The translations under genes and the position numbers were made by a program. DNA of 64,000 nt from Abditibacterium sp. GTDB lineage: Bacteria > Armatimonadota > Abditibacteriia > Abditibacteriales > Abditibacteriaceae. The first letter of the stretch is position 1, and each line of letters opens with the position of its first letter. Under the pieces are notes generated by a model. That model had not been told where the DNA came from, did not search any database, and saw only the letters and a list, made by a program, of their open reading frames with translations. Where the stretch lies: the NCBI GenBank assembly GCA_965199495.1, contig CBDASK010000003.1, forward strand, positions 2,816,001-2,880,000, in the 5' to 3' direction. Below, piece by piece: positions 20,416-29,543 of this stretch.

Positions 20416-21039
20416 TTAACCTTCGCGTTTGATCGAGCAACCGAATGCAGCCACGTCGGCTTGCTTCACGGGTTGGCCCGCCAAAACTTCGTCCAGAGCC
20501 GCCGCGAGGGGACGCGCTTTGATTTTGGTTTCGTTTTGCGAATTATCAATTTGGCCGTGATAAACCAAATCGCCTTTGGCGTTGACGACATAGGTTTCAG
20601 GTGTAACTTTGGCGTCGAATTTATCGGCGATAACGTTGCCCTTGTCTTTTAATACCGGGAAAGTAAAGCCGTGTTCTTTGGAATGACTGGCGATTTCGGC
20701 GGTGCTTTCTTCTTTGTTGGCGTTGATGGCAACAAAACGCACGCCTTTGGCGCTGTAATTTTTGGCGAGTTTTTCCATGCGTTCGTTGTAGGCGTTGGAA
20801 ACCGGGCACTGCGTCGAAACGAACATGATCACGGTCGCTTTCGATTTGTTCCAGTTGCCGACTTCGACCGATTTTCCGGCGCTATTGGGCAGCGAAAACG
20901 CGGCGACTTTGGTCATCGGAGTTGGTGCTTTGGCTGCATCGGCGAGCGCGGCGGTTTCAAGTGTTGAGTTTTGCGTGGCGTAGCCGACGAGGCCCACAGC
21001 CAACAGGCCGAGGGGGGAGAGTGAAAGGAATTTTTTCAT
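20416..21039 (-). CDS. Secreted thioredoxin-fold redoxin (AhpC/TSA-like)
   Basis: FVSTQCP, VAINAN, FTFPVLKD, TPETYV, YHGQIDN and FGCSIK. Confidence 0.9.
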   Translation of the reverse strand: MKKFLSLSPLGLLAVGLVGYATQNSTLETAALADAAKAPTPMTKVAAFSLPNSAGKSVEVGNWNKSKATVIMFVSTQCPVSNAYNERMEKLAKNYSAKGVRFVAINANKEESTAEIASHSKEHGFTFPVLKDKGNVIADKFDAKVTPETYVVNAKGDLVYHGQIDNSQNETKIKARPLAAALDEVLAGQPVKQADVAAFGCSIKREG

Positions 21040-21144
21040 GGGTGTTGGAGATTTGGACGCGTTAAGCGCGAGATCGTTGCCCCGCGCGCAAATTTTGGTT
21101 CATAAAGCGGGGCGAGGCGCGTGGGTTTAGTAAAATGTCTTCTC

Positions 21145-21609
21145 GTGCAATTTCCCCCCGAAGCTGTGCGCGAAATCGCGCAGTTGCTTTCTCAGTCCGA
21201 TTTGGGCGAAGTCTCGTTCGAGGCTGGCCAAGGTCAACGCCTGACCCTCAAGCGCCAGCCCAAGTTCGTCGCCGTGGCTGCTCCCGCCGCGCCAGTCGCA
21301 GAAAACAGCGCCCCCGCCGCAATAGTTCCCGAAACCGATGCCACACCCGCAACCGAAGCCGCTACATCCGAAGCAATTTTGATTGCGTCGCCGTGCGTCG
21401 GCGTATTTCACGCGGCCAAAATTGCTGTCGAAGTTGGCTCGCCCGTCAAAGCCAAACAGGTCATTGGTCAGGTCGAATCGCTCAAAGTGCCCAACGATTT
21501 GGTCGCGCCCGCAACGGGCGTGGTTTCGCAGATGTGGGTCAGCGACGGGCAGGGCGTCGAGTGGGGACAACCGCTCTTTGAAATTGCGCCCGGCGAGGCA
21601 CCCGCTTAA
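21145..21609 (+). CDS. accB: Biotin carboxyl carrier protein-like, with divergent biotinylation motif
   Basis: Ala/Pro linker; IASPCVGVF; VESLKVPNDL (canonical EAMK); GQGVEWGQPLF; upstream of accC. Confidence 0.75.
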   Translation: MQFPPEAVREIAQLLSQSDLGEVSFEAGQGQRLTLKRQPKFVAVAAPAAPVAENSAPAAIVPETDATPATEAATSEAILIASPCVGVFHAAKIAVEVGSPVKAKQVIGQVESLKVPNDLVAPATGVVSQMWVSDGQGVEWGQPLFEIAPGEAPA

Positions 21610-21636
21610 AGCGCGGGCGGATAATTTGGAAATCTC

Positions 21637-22044
21637 ATGAAAAATTCCTTTTACGCGCTGGCTCTGGCCGGTTTCTTTGCCGTTGGCGTCGCTGGCGGTT
21701 GTGCCTCGCCCGATGCGACCGACGGAGGCGCAAGCGAGAAGTCGCTCCCCAAGCGCGCCGAAGATCGTGGCAGCGACATCGAAGTTGATTCCAACATCAA
21801 CCAGATTAATCAGGCGTTGATGATGATAAAACAAGATGGCGGCGCGCCCGCCACCCTTGCCGACGCCAAAAAAGCCGTCAAGGTGCCCGACGAAATGTGG
21901 ACGGATAGCGTGAGCGGCAAACCTCTGGTCTACGATGCAGCCACCGGCACGGTGCATCGCGAAGGCGTCGCGGCGGGCGGCCCTCCGACGGCGGGCGCCA
22001 ATCCCTTGCCCGGCGGCGTCAAAATCCCCGGTGGCTTGGGATAA
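21637..22044 (+). CDS. Putative lipoprotein
   Basis: Signal peptide with lipobox-like AGGC; Pro/Gly-rich tail. Confidence 0.7.
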   Translation: MKNSFYALALAGFFAVGVAGGCASPDATDGGASEKSLPKRAEDRGSDIEVDSNINQINQALMMIKQDGGAPATLADAKKAVKVPDEMWTDSVSGKPLVYDAATGTVHREGVAAGGPPTAGANPLPGGVKIPGGLG

Positions 22045-22052
22045 TAATTTCA

Positions 22053-22122
22053 GGGACAAGTGGCAGGGAACAAGGGATAAGGTGGAAAAGAAAGTTCAAC
22101 CTTGTTCCCTGCCACTTGTCCC
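22053..22122. repeat. Inverted pair of heptamer-like tandem repeats, perfect 23-bp arms
   Basis: GGGACAAGTGGCAGGGAACAAGG at 22053-22075 and its complement at 22100-22122. Confidence 0.85.
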
Positions 22123-22129
22123 CCAACTC

Positions 22130-23473
22130 ATGTTTTCCAAAATTCTCATTGCTAATCGCGGCGAAATCGCGGTGCGCGTAATTCGCGCCTGTCGCGAATT
22201 GGGCATCGCCAGCGTCGCGGTGCATTCAACCGCCGACAAAGATTCGCGCGCCGTTCAACTGGCCGACGAAGCCGTTTGCGTCGGGCCGCCCGCCGCCAAA
22301 GAATCGTATTTGAACATCGCCAACATCGTTTCGGCGGCACTGATTACCGGCGCCGAGGCGATTCATCCGGGCTACGGATTTCTGAGCGAAAACTCGTCGT
22401 TCGCCGAGATTTGCCAGCAGGCGCATATCAAATTTATCGGCCCGCCGCCGAGTGCGATTGACACGATGGGCAACAAAGCCTCGGCGCGTCAGAAGATGGC
22501 CGAGGCGGGCGTGCCGATTATGCCGGGCACGCCCGGCCCGGTGGCTGATGAAAACGAGGCGCTCGAATGGGCGCAAAAAATCGGCGTGCCCGTAATCATC
22601 AAAGCCTCGGCGGGCGGCGGCGGCAAAGGTATGCGCGTGGTTTTGGACGACGCCGAAGTCGCCACGCAGTTACAAATGGCGCGCAACGAAGCCGAAGCTG
22701 CCTTTGGCAATTCCGAGGTTTACATCGAGAAATTCTTGATCGAACCCCGTCACGTCGAAGTGCAGATTTTGGCCGATTCCCACGGCAACGTCGTTCATCT
22801 GGGCGAGCGCGACTGTTCGGTTCAGACCGCGCGTCACCAAAAAATGCTGGAAGAAGCGCCTTGCGCCTTTATTCCCGAAAAAACGCGTAAAGCGTTGGGC
22901 GAAGCGGCGGTCAAAGGCGCCCGCGCCGTCGGTTACGAAGGCGCGGGCACGATGGAATTTTTGGTTTCGGCGACCGGCGAGTTTTTCTTCATGGAAATGA
23001 ACACGCGCATTCAGGTCGAGCATCCCGTCACCGAGGAAATCACCGGCATTGATCTGGTGCAATGGCAAATCCGTATCGCGGCGGGCGAGCGTTTGCCGTG
23101 GAAACAAAAGGACATCAACTTCAGCGGCCACGCCATCGAAGTGCGCTTGACGGCGGAAGACCCGGAGAAAAATTTCGCTCCGAGTGCGGGCACAATCCGC
23201 GCCTTCGATGCGCCCGGCGGGCGCGGCGTGCGCGTGGATTCGCACATTTACAACGGTTACAGCGTGCCGCCATTTTATGATTCTCTGCTGGCAAAAATCA
23301 TCGTCTACGCGCCGACGCGCGCCGAGGCGATTGCCAAGATGAATCGGGCTTTGCGCGAAACCCGCGTCGAGGGCGTGGCGACGACGCGCGATTTTCATCT
23401 GCGCGTTTTGGCCAACGATTTCTTCAAACGCGGCGAACTTTCGACCGACTTCTTAAAACGACACATGGGGTGA
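22130..23473 (+). CDS. accC: Acetyl-CoA carboxylase, biotin carboxylase subunit
   Basis: MFSKILIANRGEIA, HPGYGFLSEN, GGGGKGM, EMNTRIQVEHPVTE and YDSLLAK. Confidence 0.97.
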   Translation: MFSKILIANRGEIAVRVIRACRELGIASVAVHSTADKDSRAVQLADEAVCVGPPAAKESYLNIANIVSAALITGAEAIHPGYGFLSENSSFAEICQQAHIKFIGPPPSAIDTMGNKASARQKMAEAGVPIMPGTPGPVADENEALEWAQKIGVPVIIKASAGGGGKGMRVVLDDAEVATQLQMARNEAEAAFGNSEVYIEKFLIEPRHVEVQILADSHGNVVHLGERDCSVQTARHQKMLEEAPCAFIPEKTRKALGEAAVKGARAVGYEGAGTMEFLVSATGEFFFMEMNTRIQVEHPVTEEITGIDLVQWQIRIAAGERLPWKQKDINFSGHAIEVRLTAEDPEKNFAPSAGTIRAFDAPGGRGVRVDSHIYNGYSVPPFYDSLLAKIIVYAPTRAEAIAKMNRALRETRVEGVATTRDFHLRVLANDFFKRGELSTDFLKRHMG

Positions 23474-23480
23474 GGTTTCG

Positions 23481-23614
23481 GGAGGCAGGAGACAGGAAAC
23501 GGGAGACGGGATTCATCGCGAGCCAAAATTTGGCGATTGCTAACTCTGCATGGCAACGCGTCAAACCTTCGCCCACGATAAATCCTGTCTCCTGTCTCCT
23601 GCCTCCTGTCTCCT
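23481..23614. repeat. Inverted heptamer tandem repeats, (GGAGACA)n ... (TGTCTCC)n
   Basis: About four 7-bp units per arm between accC and nusB; same unit recurs at 46166-46282. Confidence 0.85.
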
Positions 23615-23623
23615 TCCGACATA

Positions 23624-24076
23624 ATGGGCAAACGACGAAGTGGACGCGAATTGGCGTTCCGATTAATTTTTCAGATAGACGTGGGCGGCGCGACAGCGAC
23701 CGAGGTTTTCAAGGTCACGCGCGAGACTTCCGAGTCGTCGCCCGAAGTGTGGCTGTTCGCCACCAAACTGGCGCGCGGCGCGTGGGAAGGCCGCGAGCCG
23801 CTCGATGGAATTATCGAAAAGTATGCGACCGGTTGGTCGTTGCAGCGCATGGCCAATGCCGACCGCAATCTGTTGCGATTGGCGCTCTACGAAATTCTCG
23901 AAAGCGAAGATATTCCCAATTCGGTCGCCGTCAATGAAGCGGTCGAGTTGGCCAAAACCTATTCGACCGCCGAATCGGCGCGGTTTATCAACGGAATTTT
24001 AGGTTCGTATCTGCGCGACAAAGTGGAGGCCGATAAAGTCGGATCAGACGAAACAGAAAACGCCGCAAGGAATTAA
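23624..24076 (+). CDS. nusB: Transcription antitermination factor NusB
   Basis: RRSGRELA, DRNLLRLALYE, VAVNEAVELAK and FINGILG. Confidence 0.96.
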   Translation: MGKRRSGRELAFRLIFQIDVGGATATEVFKVTRETSESSPEVWLFATKLARGAWEGREPLDGIIEKYATGWSLQRMANADRNLLRLALYEILESEDIPNSVAVNEAVELAKTYSTAESARFINGILGSYLRDKVEADKVGSDETENAARN

Positions 24077-24097
24077 AGTCGCGGCGTTTTGTTTAAT

Positions 24098-24220
24098 AGA
24101 GAGCGCTTCACATTGTGGGAGTTGCAGGGGCGGAGCTGACGCACCCTTCCAATCGCAAGGGTTGGTTGGAAGAGGACTCAAGCCCCACCCTTTTAGCCCC
24201 CACAATGTGAAGCGCTCTCT
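24098..24220. repeat. Composite palindromic element: 22-bp outer arms enclosing a CTTCCAATC/TTGGAAG-family pair
   Basis: AGAGAGCGCTTCACATTGTGGG at 24098-24119 and its complement at 24199-24220; inner GCTGACGCACCCTTCCAATC matches the elements at 57827 and 60948. Confidence 0.88.
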
Positions 24221-24307
24221 TGTTTCCCTCCTTCCACATAGAGGGCGCTCGATTAAAGGAAAATACAACGCGCGAGAATAAGAACAAAATCATTCTCGAT
24301 TACGCAC

Positions 24308-24356
24308 ACAAACCAAAAGGGAGCGATTCGTAATGAATCGCTCCCTTTTGGTTTGT
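24308..24356. terminator. Bidirectional intrinsic terminator
   Basis: ACAAACCAAAAGGGAGCGATTC, 5-nt loop, GAATCGCTCCCTTTTGGTTTGT; lies just past the stop at 24365. Confidence 0.85.
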
Positions 24357-24364
24357 TCGGCTCT

Positions 24365-27300
24365 TTACGAACTACCAGCCGAAGGTTGGGTATTGCTTCG
24401 GAGGGCGTTCGTTTTCGACGTCACCGTAATGGTAATCGTCGCGGGTTTGGAGGGTTTTCCTTTGTCGTCAATGGCGACATAACGGATCGTCTCGGTTCCC
24501 ACGAAGCCGGTGCGTGGCGTGTAAGACATCCTGTAAGTGCCATCGTTGAACAACTGGATTTCTCCGGTGCCGTTGGTCGGGCCACCCACGCGCTTGAAAG
24601 TGAGCGGGGTCGTTTGACCTGCGGGCAAGTTGGCATCATCGGGGTCACTACCCGAAACCGTGACATCAACGGGCGTGTTGAGCAATGTCGTGCCCGAAAC
24701 ATCGTTCGCCACCGGCGGACGGTTGAAGACTCCGATAACTCTAATCTTGAGAGTCGCGACTTCCGAAGGTTTGCCACTGGTGTCAATGGCGACGAATCTG
24801 ACTTCGTCATCGCCAACGGCGACTTGCGAGTTCTGGTAGAAGAAGCGAGTGTTGCCATTGGCATCCTTGCGGAATTCGCCGGTGCCCTTGGTGGGGCCAC
24901 CCACGCTTTTGAAGGTCAGCGCATCGCGGTCAACGTCCTGACCGAAGATGCCCACATCTGCCGAGCCGCCCGCTGCCACCTGCATTTCGGTGCTGCGAGC
25001 CGTTGGCGCCGTGTTGAACAAATTGATGGTAATGGTCGCAATATTAGAAACCGCACCCTTGCTGTCAATGGCGAAGAATTTCACTTCGTCGTTGCCCGTA
25101 TACAAGCCCGAAGCCTTGTAGAAGAGCTTCCACTTGCCATCGGTATCGCGGCGAATTTCGCCGGTGCCCTTGCGCGGGCCACTGGCACGTTTCAAGGTGA
25201 TGTTGCTCTCGTTGTCTCCGGGATCGGGATCGAACACGCCCAAACCTTTGCTGACCGGCACCTCGCGCGTCGTGTTGATTGAGGTGTCAACAACAACTGG
25301 CGGACGATTGGTATCGGGCGTCGGAGTTGGCACTGGTGTCGGCACTGGAGTTGGCACCGGAGTCGGCCCTGGTGTCGGCACCGGAGTCGGCGTCGGCGCA
25401 GGGGCGGGCAGCGTAATTGTCGCCGTTCCGGGTGCCGAAGTCCTGGCGTTCGACGGCGAATTGGCGGGCGCCGTGTTGTTATCGGTCGCCGTGAAGGTCA
25501 GGGTATCGGTGCCCGTCGCGTCGGCGTTGGGCGCGTAATAAAGCACGTAGCGTCCATCGTTATTGATGGCGATTTGTGCAGTGCCCTTTGTTGGAGCCGT
25601 CACGATAGTGAATACGATGGGATCGTTATCGGGATCACTGCCGGTAAGCAGCACTTCCGATTGCTGGCCGGGAGTGGCCGTGAAGTCCACGTTTTGCACG
25701 CTTGGGGCGCTATTAACCACCACAGTCGAATCACTACGCAGCGCAGAAGTACCGTTAGGTTTACCGTCAGTTGCCGTCACTTCAACGCTGACAATATCGC
25801 CACGATTGCCATTGCCCTGAACCGACAAATCGAGCGAATCGGTTCTTGAAGTCGTAGTGAAAGTGCGAACCACAGTGCCGTTCACTTTCCACGTAAAGGT
25901 GTAAGTAATCGGGTCGCCTTGAGCATCATTAGCTACGGCATTAGCCGTCAAGGTTTGGTTGGTCGTTGGCGATTTGGGCGCAATCGTAACCGAAGTCAGG
26001 TTGGGCGCCGTGTTGACAATTACCACCGAAGCCGTCACCGAATCGGTTGCTTGAGGTGCCGTCGCATCTCTGGTGCCAGCCTGATCGCGCGCTACGATGA
26101 CGGTGATGACATCTTTGTCCTTGAGGCCGCGTCCCGCCAGATTCAACGTGTTACTGTTGCTCGATTGCACTTCATTTCCGTTGATCAAAAAACGATAAAA
26201 GAGCGGAGTAATCGTTGTGCCATCGTTGTTGGTGCCCGTCGCAGTCGCTGTCAAAGTTGTATTTTGGTTCGGGCTCCTCGGCGAGAGAGTAACGGTGAAC
26301 GAAGCATCTGTGGGTTGTGCTTCGTAGGCGCCAATATCAATGGTTCCCATGACGCGCGGGAAACCGGCACCGCGCTGGTCGGTCGCTGGCGCACCAGTAA
26401 TAGCCACGCCTTTATCGCGCGCCGGGCTACCCGCTCGCAAGTTATGCGTATCGCTATCGCCACCGTTGTTGGACAGCGGCCCAAGCAAAGGATCAACACC
26501 GACTTGATCGGCGGCGCCAGTGAATTGCCCTGTCGCATTACCAAATCCGACAAGGTTTCCATCTTTGGTAATGAATCTTCCATTGATATCGCCGTTGCCA
26601 TTACCTCCATCAACACGCACGTCATCATTGCTTCCGCCAGAGGAAATGGTGTCGGTAATGGTGATTTCTGCATTGCTGCTGGCCTCAATACCAAACAGGC
26701 TGTTTCGGGTGAACGTGCTCAGCGAGACCGTCGTTGGATCAGCCGTTTGTGGCGGAGTTTGACGCAATAGGATTGGGTGAGAGATTACAGAGAGTCCGAG
26801 GAAGTTCCCACTCACTGTTGTATTAGTAATGGTTGTCGCCTTATTGGCGACTCTGCTGTTTGACGTGCTGATGCCATAACCACGGTTATTGGCGATGGAG
26901 CAGTTGGTGACCGTAAGAACAGAAGCGGCATTAGCTACGTTATTGGGGGCATTGGCGGAAGTGAAACTGTCAATGCCATCGTCAGAGCCTCCCGTGATCA
27001 TACAACGATCAACGGTCAAATCTCCCTCGAAAGTCGCGATACCCGCGCTGCCAGAACCAGTAATGCTCAACCCCGAAATAGCCAGCGCATCACCGAAGGT
27101 GGTGAACGTTCCCTTTCCATTCGCCTGAATGTTGAGCAGACGAGGGCCGGGGCCAGTAATCGAAGTTTTGATCACTGGAAGCGGATTGGCAGGCGGCTGA
27201 TTGCGTTCTTGCAAAAACGGCAAGCTGCTATTCAGCGAAATCGTGCCGGGCGCGTCCTTGGAGACTAAACCTGGCGCAAACGTAATCGCGCTATCTTTGG

Positions 27301-28276
27301 TATCCGTGTTGGCAAATTGTATCGCTTCGCGAAGCGAGGTCAAATCGTCTTGCGGATTCACGCTATCTTGCAATGTCGTAACGATCAAAGACTGGCGTTC
27401 GCCGATGATGAGAGTGGCCGTGGCGGGCTTGCTCTGCTTGGGGTTGCCGGGTTCCTGCGGCACGAAACGACTGTCAATGTTGTTGCTGTCATCGTTATCT
27501 GTGTCAACCACAAAAGTGATAAACCGGTTGCGCAAATTGGGACGACGATTGAGGTTGACATCGCTGTTACCACGGAAAAACTTGTTTTCGTAGGTCACGC
27601 CCTGCAACGCGATTTCGTAGCTTTCGCGAATGAAATCCAGCTTGTTGGGAATGTTATTGGGAGCCGTGCCGCCCTTAAGCGTCAACGTCTGCGAACCGTT
27701 GTCATAAGCGATAGTAATTCCCGTATCGTAACGGATAAACGTATTGTTTTGACCAACATATCTACCTGTCTGTCCGCTCAACATGTCGCGGGTGATTTTA
27801 TTGACATCGAGCACTTCGATGTCATTGCGGCCCAGCCGGTTATCGGGCGCTCTGACATCGGGGTCATTGGCGAAGGGGGCGATTTGGACGCGGGCTTCGA
27901 CTAGTTTCGCGCCGATAAAATTGGAGTCAATCGGTTGCGCACTGATGTCAGACAACACGGTGGCGGGTGGATCCACGACCTGCGGGCCACCGCCTTCGGA
28001 GTAGACGTTTTGATAATCAATGCCGTTGGCGTTGGGATTATCTTGACCGGTCGAGCCGTCAGAGTTCGGCCCGTTTAAGTCAACGACGGGACGAATAGGC
28101 GTGGGCGCCGGAGTGGGCGATTGAGCCTGCGCCTCTTTTGGCGAATGGCCCAGCGCGAGACAGACCGATGCCGCAACGGCACTAATTTTGATCAGGCGGG
28201 ACAAAGATTTGTCCAAACCGCGCGATTTCACGAAGTGAAAATTTGAGCTAAATATAGGGAGCCTCTTGTAAATCAA
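24365..28276 (-). CDS. Large secreted/surface adhesin-like protein: CSLREA domain, beta-helix, choice-of-anchor Q, tandem Ig-like (Big_9-type) repeats and PT linker
   Basis: Signal-like N-terminus ending AQA; LTSLREAI; TDQRGAGFPR..IDIGAYE; repeated DPDxD..PTKGTGE..GxDxxxFxAxD units; (PTPV)n linker; start uncertain. Confidence 0.85.
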   Translation of the reverse strand: MIYKRLPIFSSNFHFVKSRGLDKSLSRLIKISAVAASVCLALGHSPKEAQAQSPTPAPTPIRPVVDLNGPNSDGSTGQDNPNANGIDYQNVYSEGGGPQVVDPPATVLSDISAQPIDSNFIGAKLVEARVQIAPFANDPDVRAPDNRLGRNDIEVLDVNKITRDMLSGQTGRYVGQNNTFIRYDTGITIAYDNGSQTLTLKGGTAPNNIPNKLDFIRESYEIALQGVTYENKFFRGNSDVNLNRRPNLRNRFITFVVDTDNDDSNNIDSRFVPQEPGNPKQSKPATATLIIGERQSLIVTTLQDSVNPQDDLTSLREAIQFANTDTKDSAITFAPGLVSKDAPGTISLNSSLPFLQERNQPPANPLPVIKTSITGPGPRLLNIQANGKGTFTTFGDALAISGLSITGSGSAGIATFEGDLTVDRCMITGGSDDGIDSFTSANAPNNVANAASVLTVTNCSIANNRGYGISTSNSRVANKATTITNTTVSGNFLGLSVISHPILLRQTPPQTADPTTVSLSTFTRNSLFGIEASSNAEITITDTISSGGSNDDVRVDGGNGNGDINGRFITKDGNLVGFGNATGQFTGAADQVGVDPLLGPLSNNGGDSDTHNLRAGSPARDKGVAITGAPATDQRGAGFPRVMGTIDIGAYEAQPTDASFTVTLSPRSPNQNTTLTATATGTNNDGTTITPLFYRFLINGNEVQSSNSNTLNLAGRGLKDKDVITVIVARDQAGTRDATAPQATDSVTASVVIVNTAPNLTSVTIAPKSPTTNQTLTANAVANDAQGDPITYTFTWKVNGTVVRTFTTTSRTDSLDLSVQGNGNRGDIVSVEVTATDGKPNGTSALRSDSTVVVNSAPSVQNVDFTATPGQQSEVLLTGSDPDNDPIVFTIVTAPTKGTAQIAINNDGRYVLYYAPNADATGTDTLTFTATDNNTAPANSPSNARTSAPGTATITLPAPAPTPTPVPTPGPTPVPTPVPTPVPTPTPDTNRPPVVVDTSINTTREVPVSKGLGVFDPDPGDNESNITLKRASGPRKGTGEIRRDTDGKWKLFYKASGLYTGNDEVKFFAIDSKGAVSNIATITINLFNTAPTARSTEMQVAAGGSADVGIFGQDVDRDALTFKSVGGPTKGTGEFRKDANGNTRFFYQNSQVAVGDDEVRFVAIDTSGKPSEVATLKIRVIGVFNRPPVANDVSGTTLLNTPVDVTVSGSDPDDANLPAGQTTPLTFKRVGGPTNGTGEIQLFNDGTYRMSYTPRTGFVGTETIRYVAIDDKGKPSKPATITITVTSKTNALRSNTQPSAGSS

Positions 28277-28510
28277 ATTGCCACTTTTGCCTCAACTCAA
28301 GTTGGGGCAAAAGAAGCTGCATTAGTGAACAACAATTGAGCCGTGATGTCACCTCTCATTTTGTGACGAAACTTGACATCCTCGCCTGTCATCTCGCCTG
28401 ATTTGGAACTTTGATAAGAAAATTTGTTGCGCCATTTCTTTGAGAAAAATTCTTTTTTTTGTGCTTTGTTACACTTTGGCGCGCTGAATCTAAAAACAGA
28501 GCAATTTACC

Positions 28511-29464
28511 ATGATCGTTTCAACCCAAGAACTCTTCAAGCAAGCTTATGGCAAATACGCCATTGGCGCCTACAACATCAACAACCTCGAACAGACAATG
28601 GGCCTTTTTCAGGGCTGCATTGACTCGCAAGCCCCGTTCATCATCCAGATTTCCAAGGGCGCGCGCAGTTTCACCGACAAAGAGATGCTCGAAGGCATCA
28701 TCCGCAGCGCCGAGAAAGTGTTCCCCGAAGCCGTCTTCGCCGTTCACCTCGATCACGGCGACGAGCAGACCTGCTACGACTGCATTGATTCGGGCTTTTA
28801 TTCCAGCGTGATGATTGACGCCTCGCACGATCCGTTCGAGGAGAACGTCGCCATCACCAAGCGCGTCGTTGACCGCGCGCACGCCCGCGGCATTTCGGTC
28901 GAAGCCGAAATCGGCCAACTGGGCGGCGTCGAAGAGGATATTCAAGTGGACGAGAAGAACGCCAACCTGACCGATCCCGACGAAGCCGAAGCGTTCGTCA
29001 AACAGTCCGGCTGCGACTCGCTCGCCGTGGCTATCGGCACCTCGCACGGCGCCTACAAGTTTTCCGGCGGCCAGGGCTTGCACTTCAACCGCATCGAGGA
29101 AATCGCCAAGCGCATGCCCGGCTTCCCGCTCGTGATGCACGGTTCGAGCAGCGTGCCCCAAGAAGAAGTGCGTCGCATCAATGCGGCGGGCGGCAAATTG
29201 GCCGAGGGCGCCAAAGGCGTGGACGAGAACGAGTATTTGCCCGCCGCCAAACTGGGCGTCACCAAAGTCAACGTGGACACCGATGGCCGTCTGGTGTGGA
29301 CGCGCGTTCACCGCGAATACTTCAAAGAACATCCCGAAGGCTTCGATTTGCGCGCGCCGGGCAAAATTTTCATCCAAGCCTACGCCGATTTCATCGCCAA
29401 TAAGAACAAAATGCTGGGCAGTGCCGGAACGCTCTCCGACATTCGCAAAGCGTTGGGCGCGTAA
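28511..29464 (+). CDS. fba: Class II fructose-bisphosphate aldolase
   Basis: GAYNINN, VHLDHG, SVMIDAS, VEAEIG, AIGTSHGAYK, VMHGSS and KVNVDTD. Confidence 0.96.
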   Translation: MIVSTQELFKQAYGKYAIGAYNINNLEQTMGLFQGCIDSQAPFIIQISKGARSFTDKEMLEGIIRSAEKVFPEAVFAVHLDHGDEQTCYDCIDSGFYSSVMIDASHDPFEENVAITKRVVDRAHARGISVEAEIGQLGGVEEDIQVDEKNANLTDPDEAEAFVKQSGCDSLAVAIGTSHGAYKFSGGQGLHFNRIEEIAKRMPGFPLVMHGSSSVPQEEVRRINAAGGKLAEGAKGVDENEYLPAAKLGVTKVNVDTDGRLVWTRVHREYFKEHPEGFDLRAPGKIFIQAYADFIANKNKMLGSAGTLSDIRKALGA

Positions 29465-29477
29465 TTTTCGCGTCGGA

Positions 29478-29523
29478 CGCAAAAAAGCTCAAGAACATGA
29501 AATTGTTCTTGAGCTTTTTTGTG
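29478..29523. terminator. Bidirectional intrinsic terminator between convergent genes
   Basis: AAAAAAGCTCAAGAACA..TGTTCTTGAGCTTTTTT. Confidence 0.85.
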
Positions 29524-29543
29524 TTTGAAACTTAGCTGGCGCC

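Noticed and set aside
21935..22129. N-terminal extension of accC in the ORF track
   Set aside because: It overlaps the lipoprotein gene and a repeat; the conserved AccC start MFSKILIANRGE is at 22130.
25310..25415. 12-bp tandem repeats
   Set aside because: They encode an ordinary (PTPV)n linker within the adhesin-like protein.
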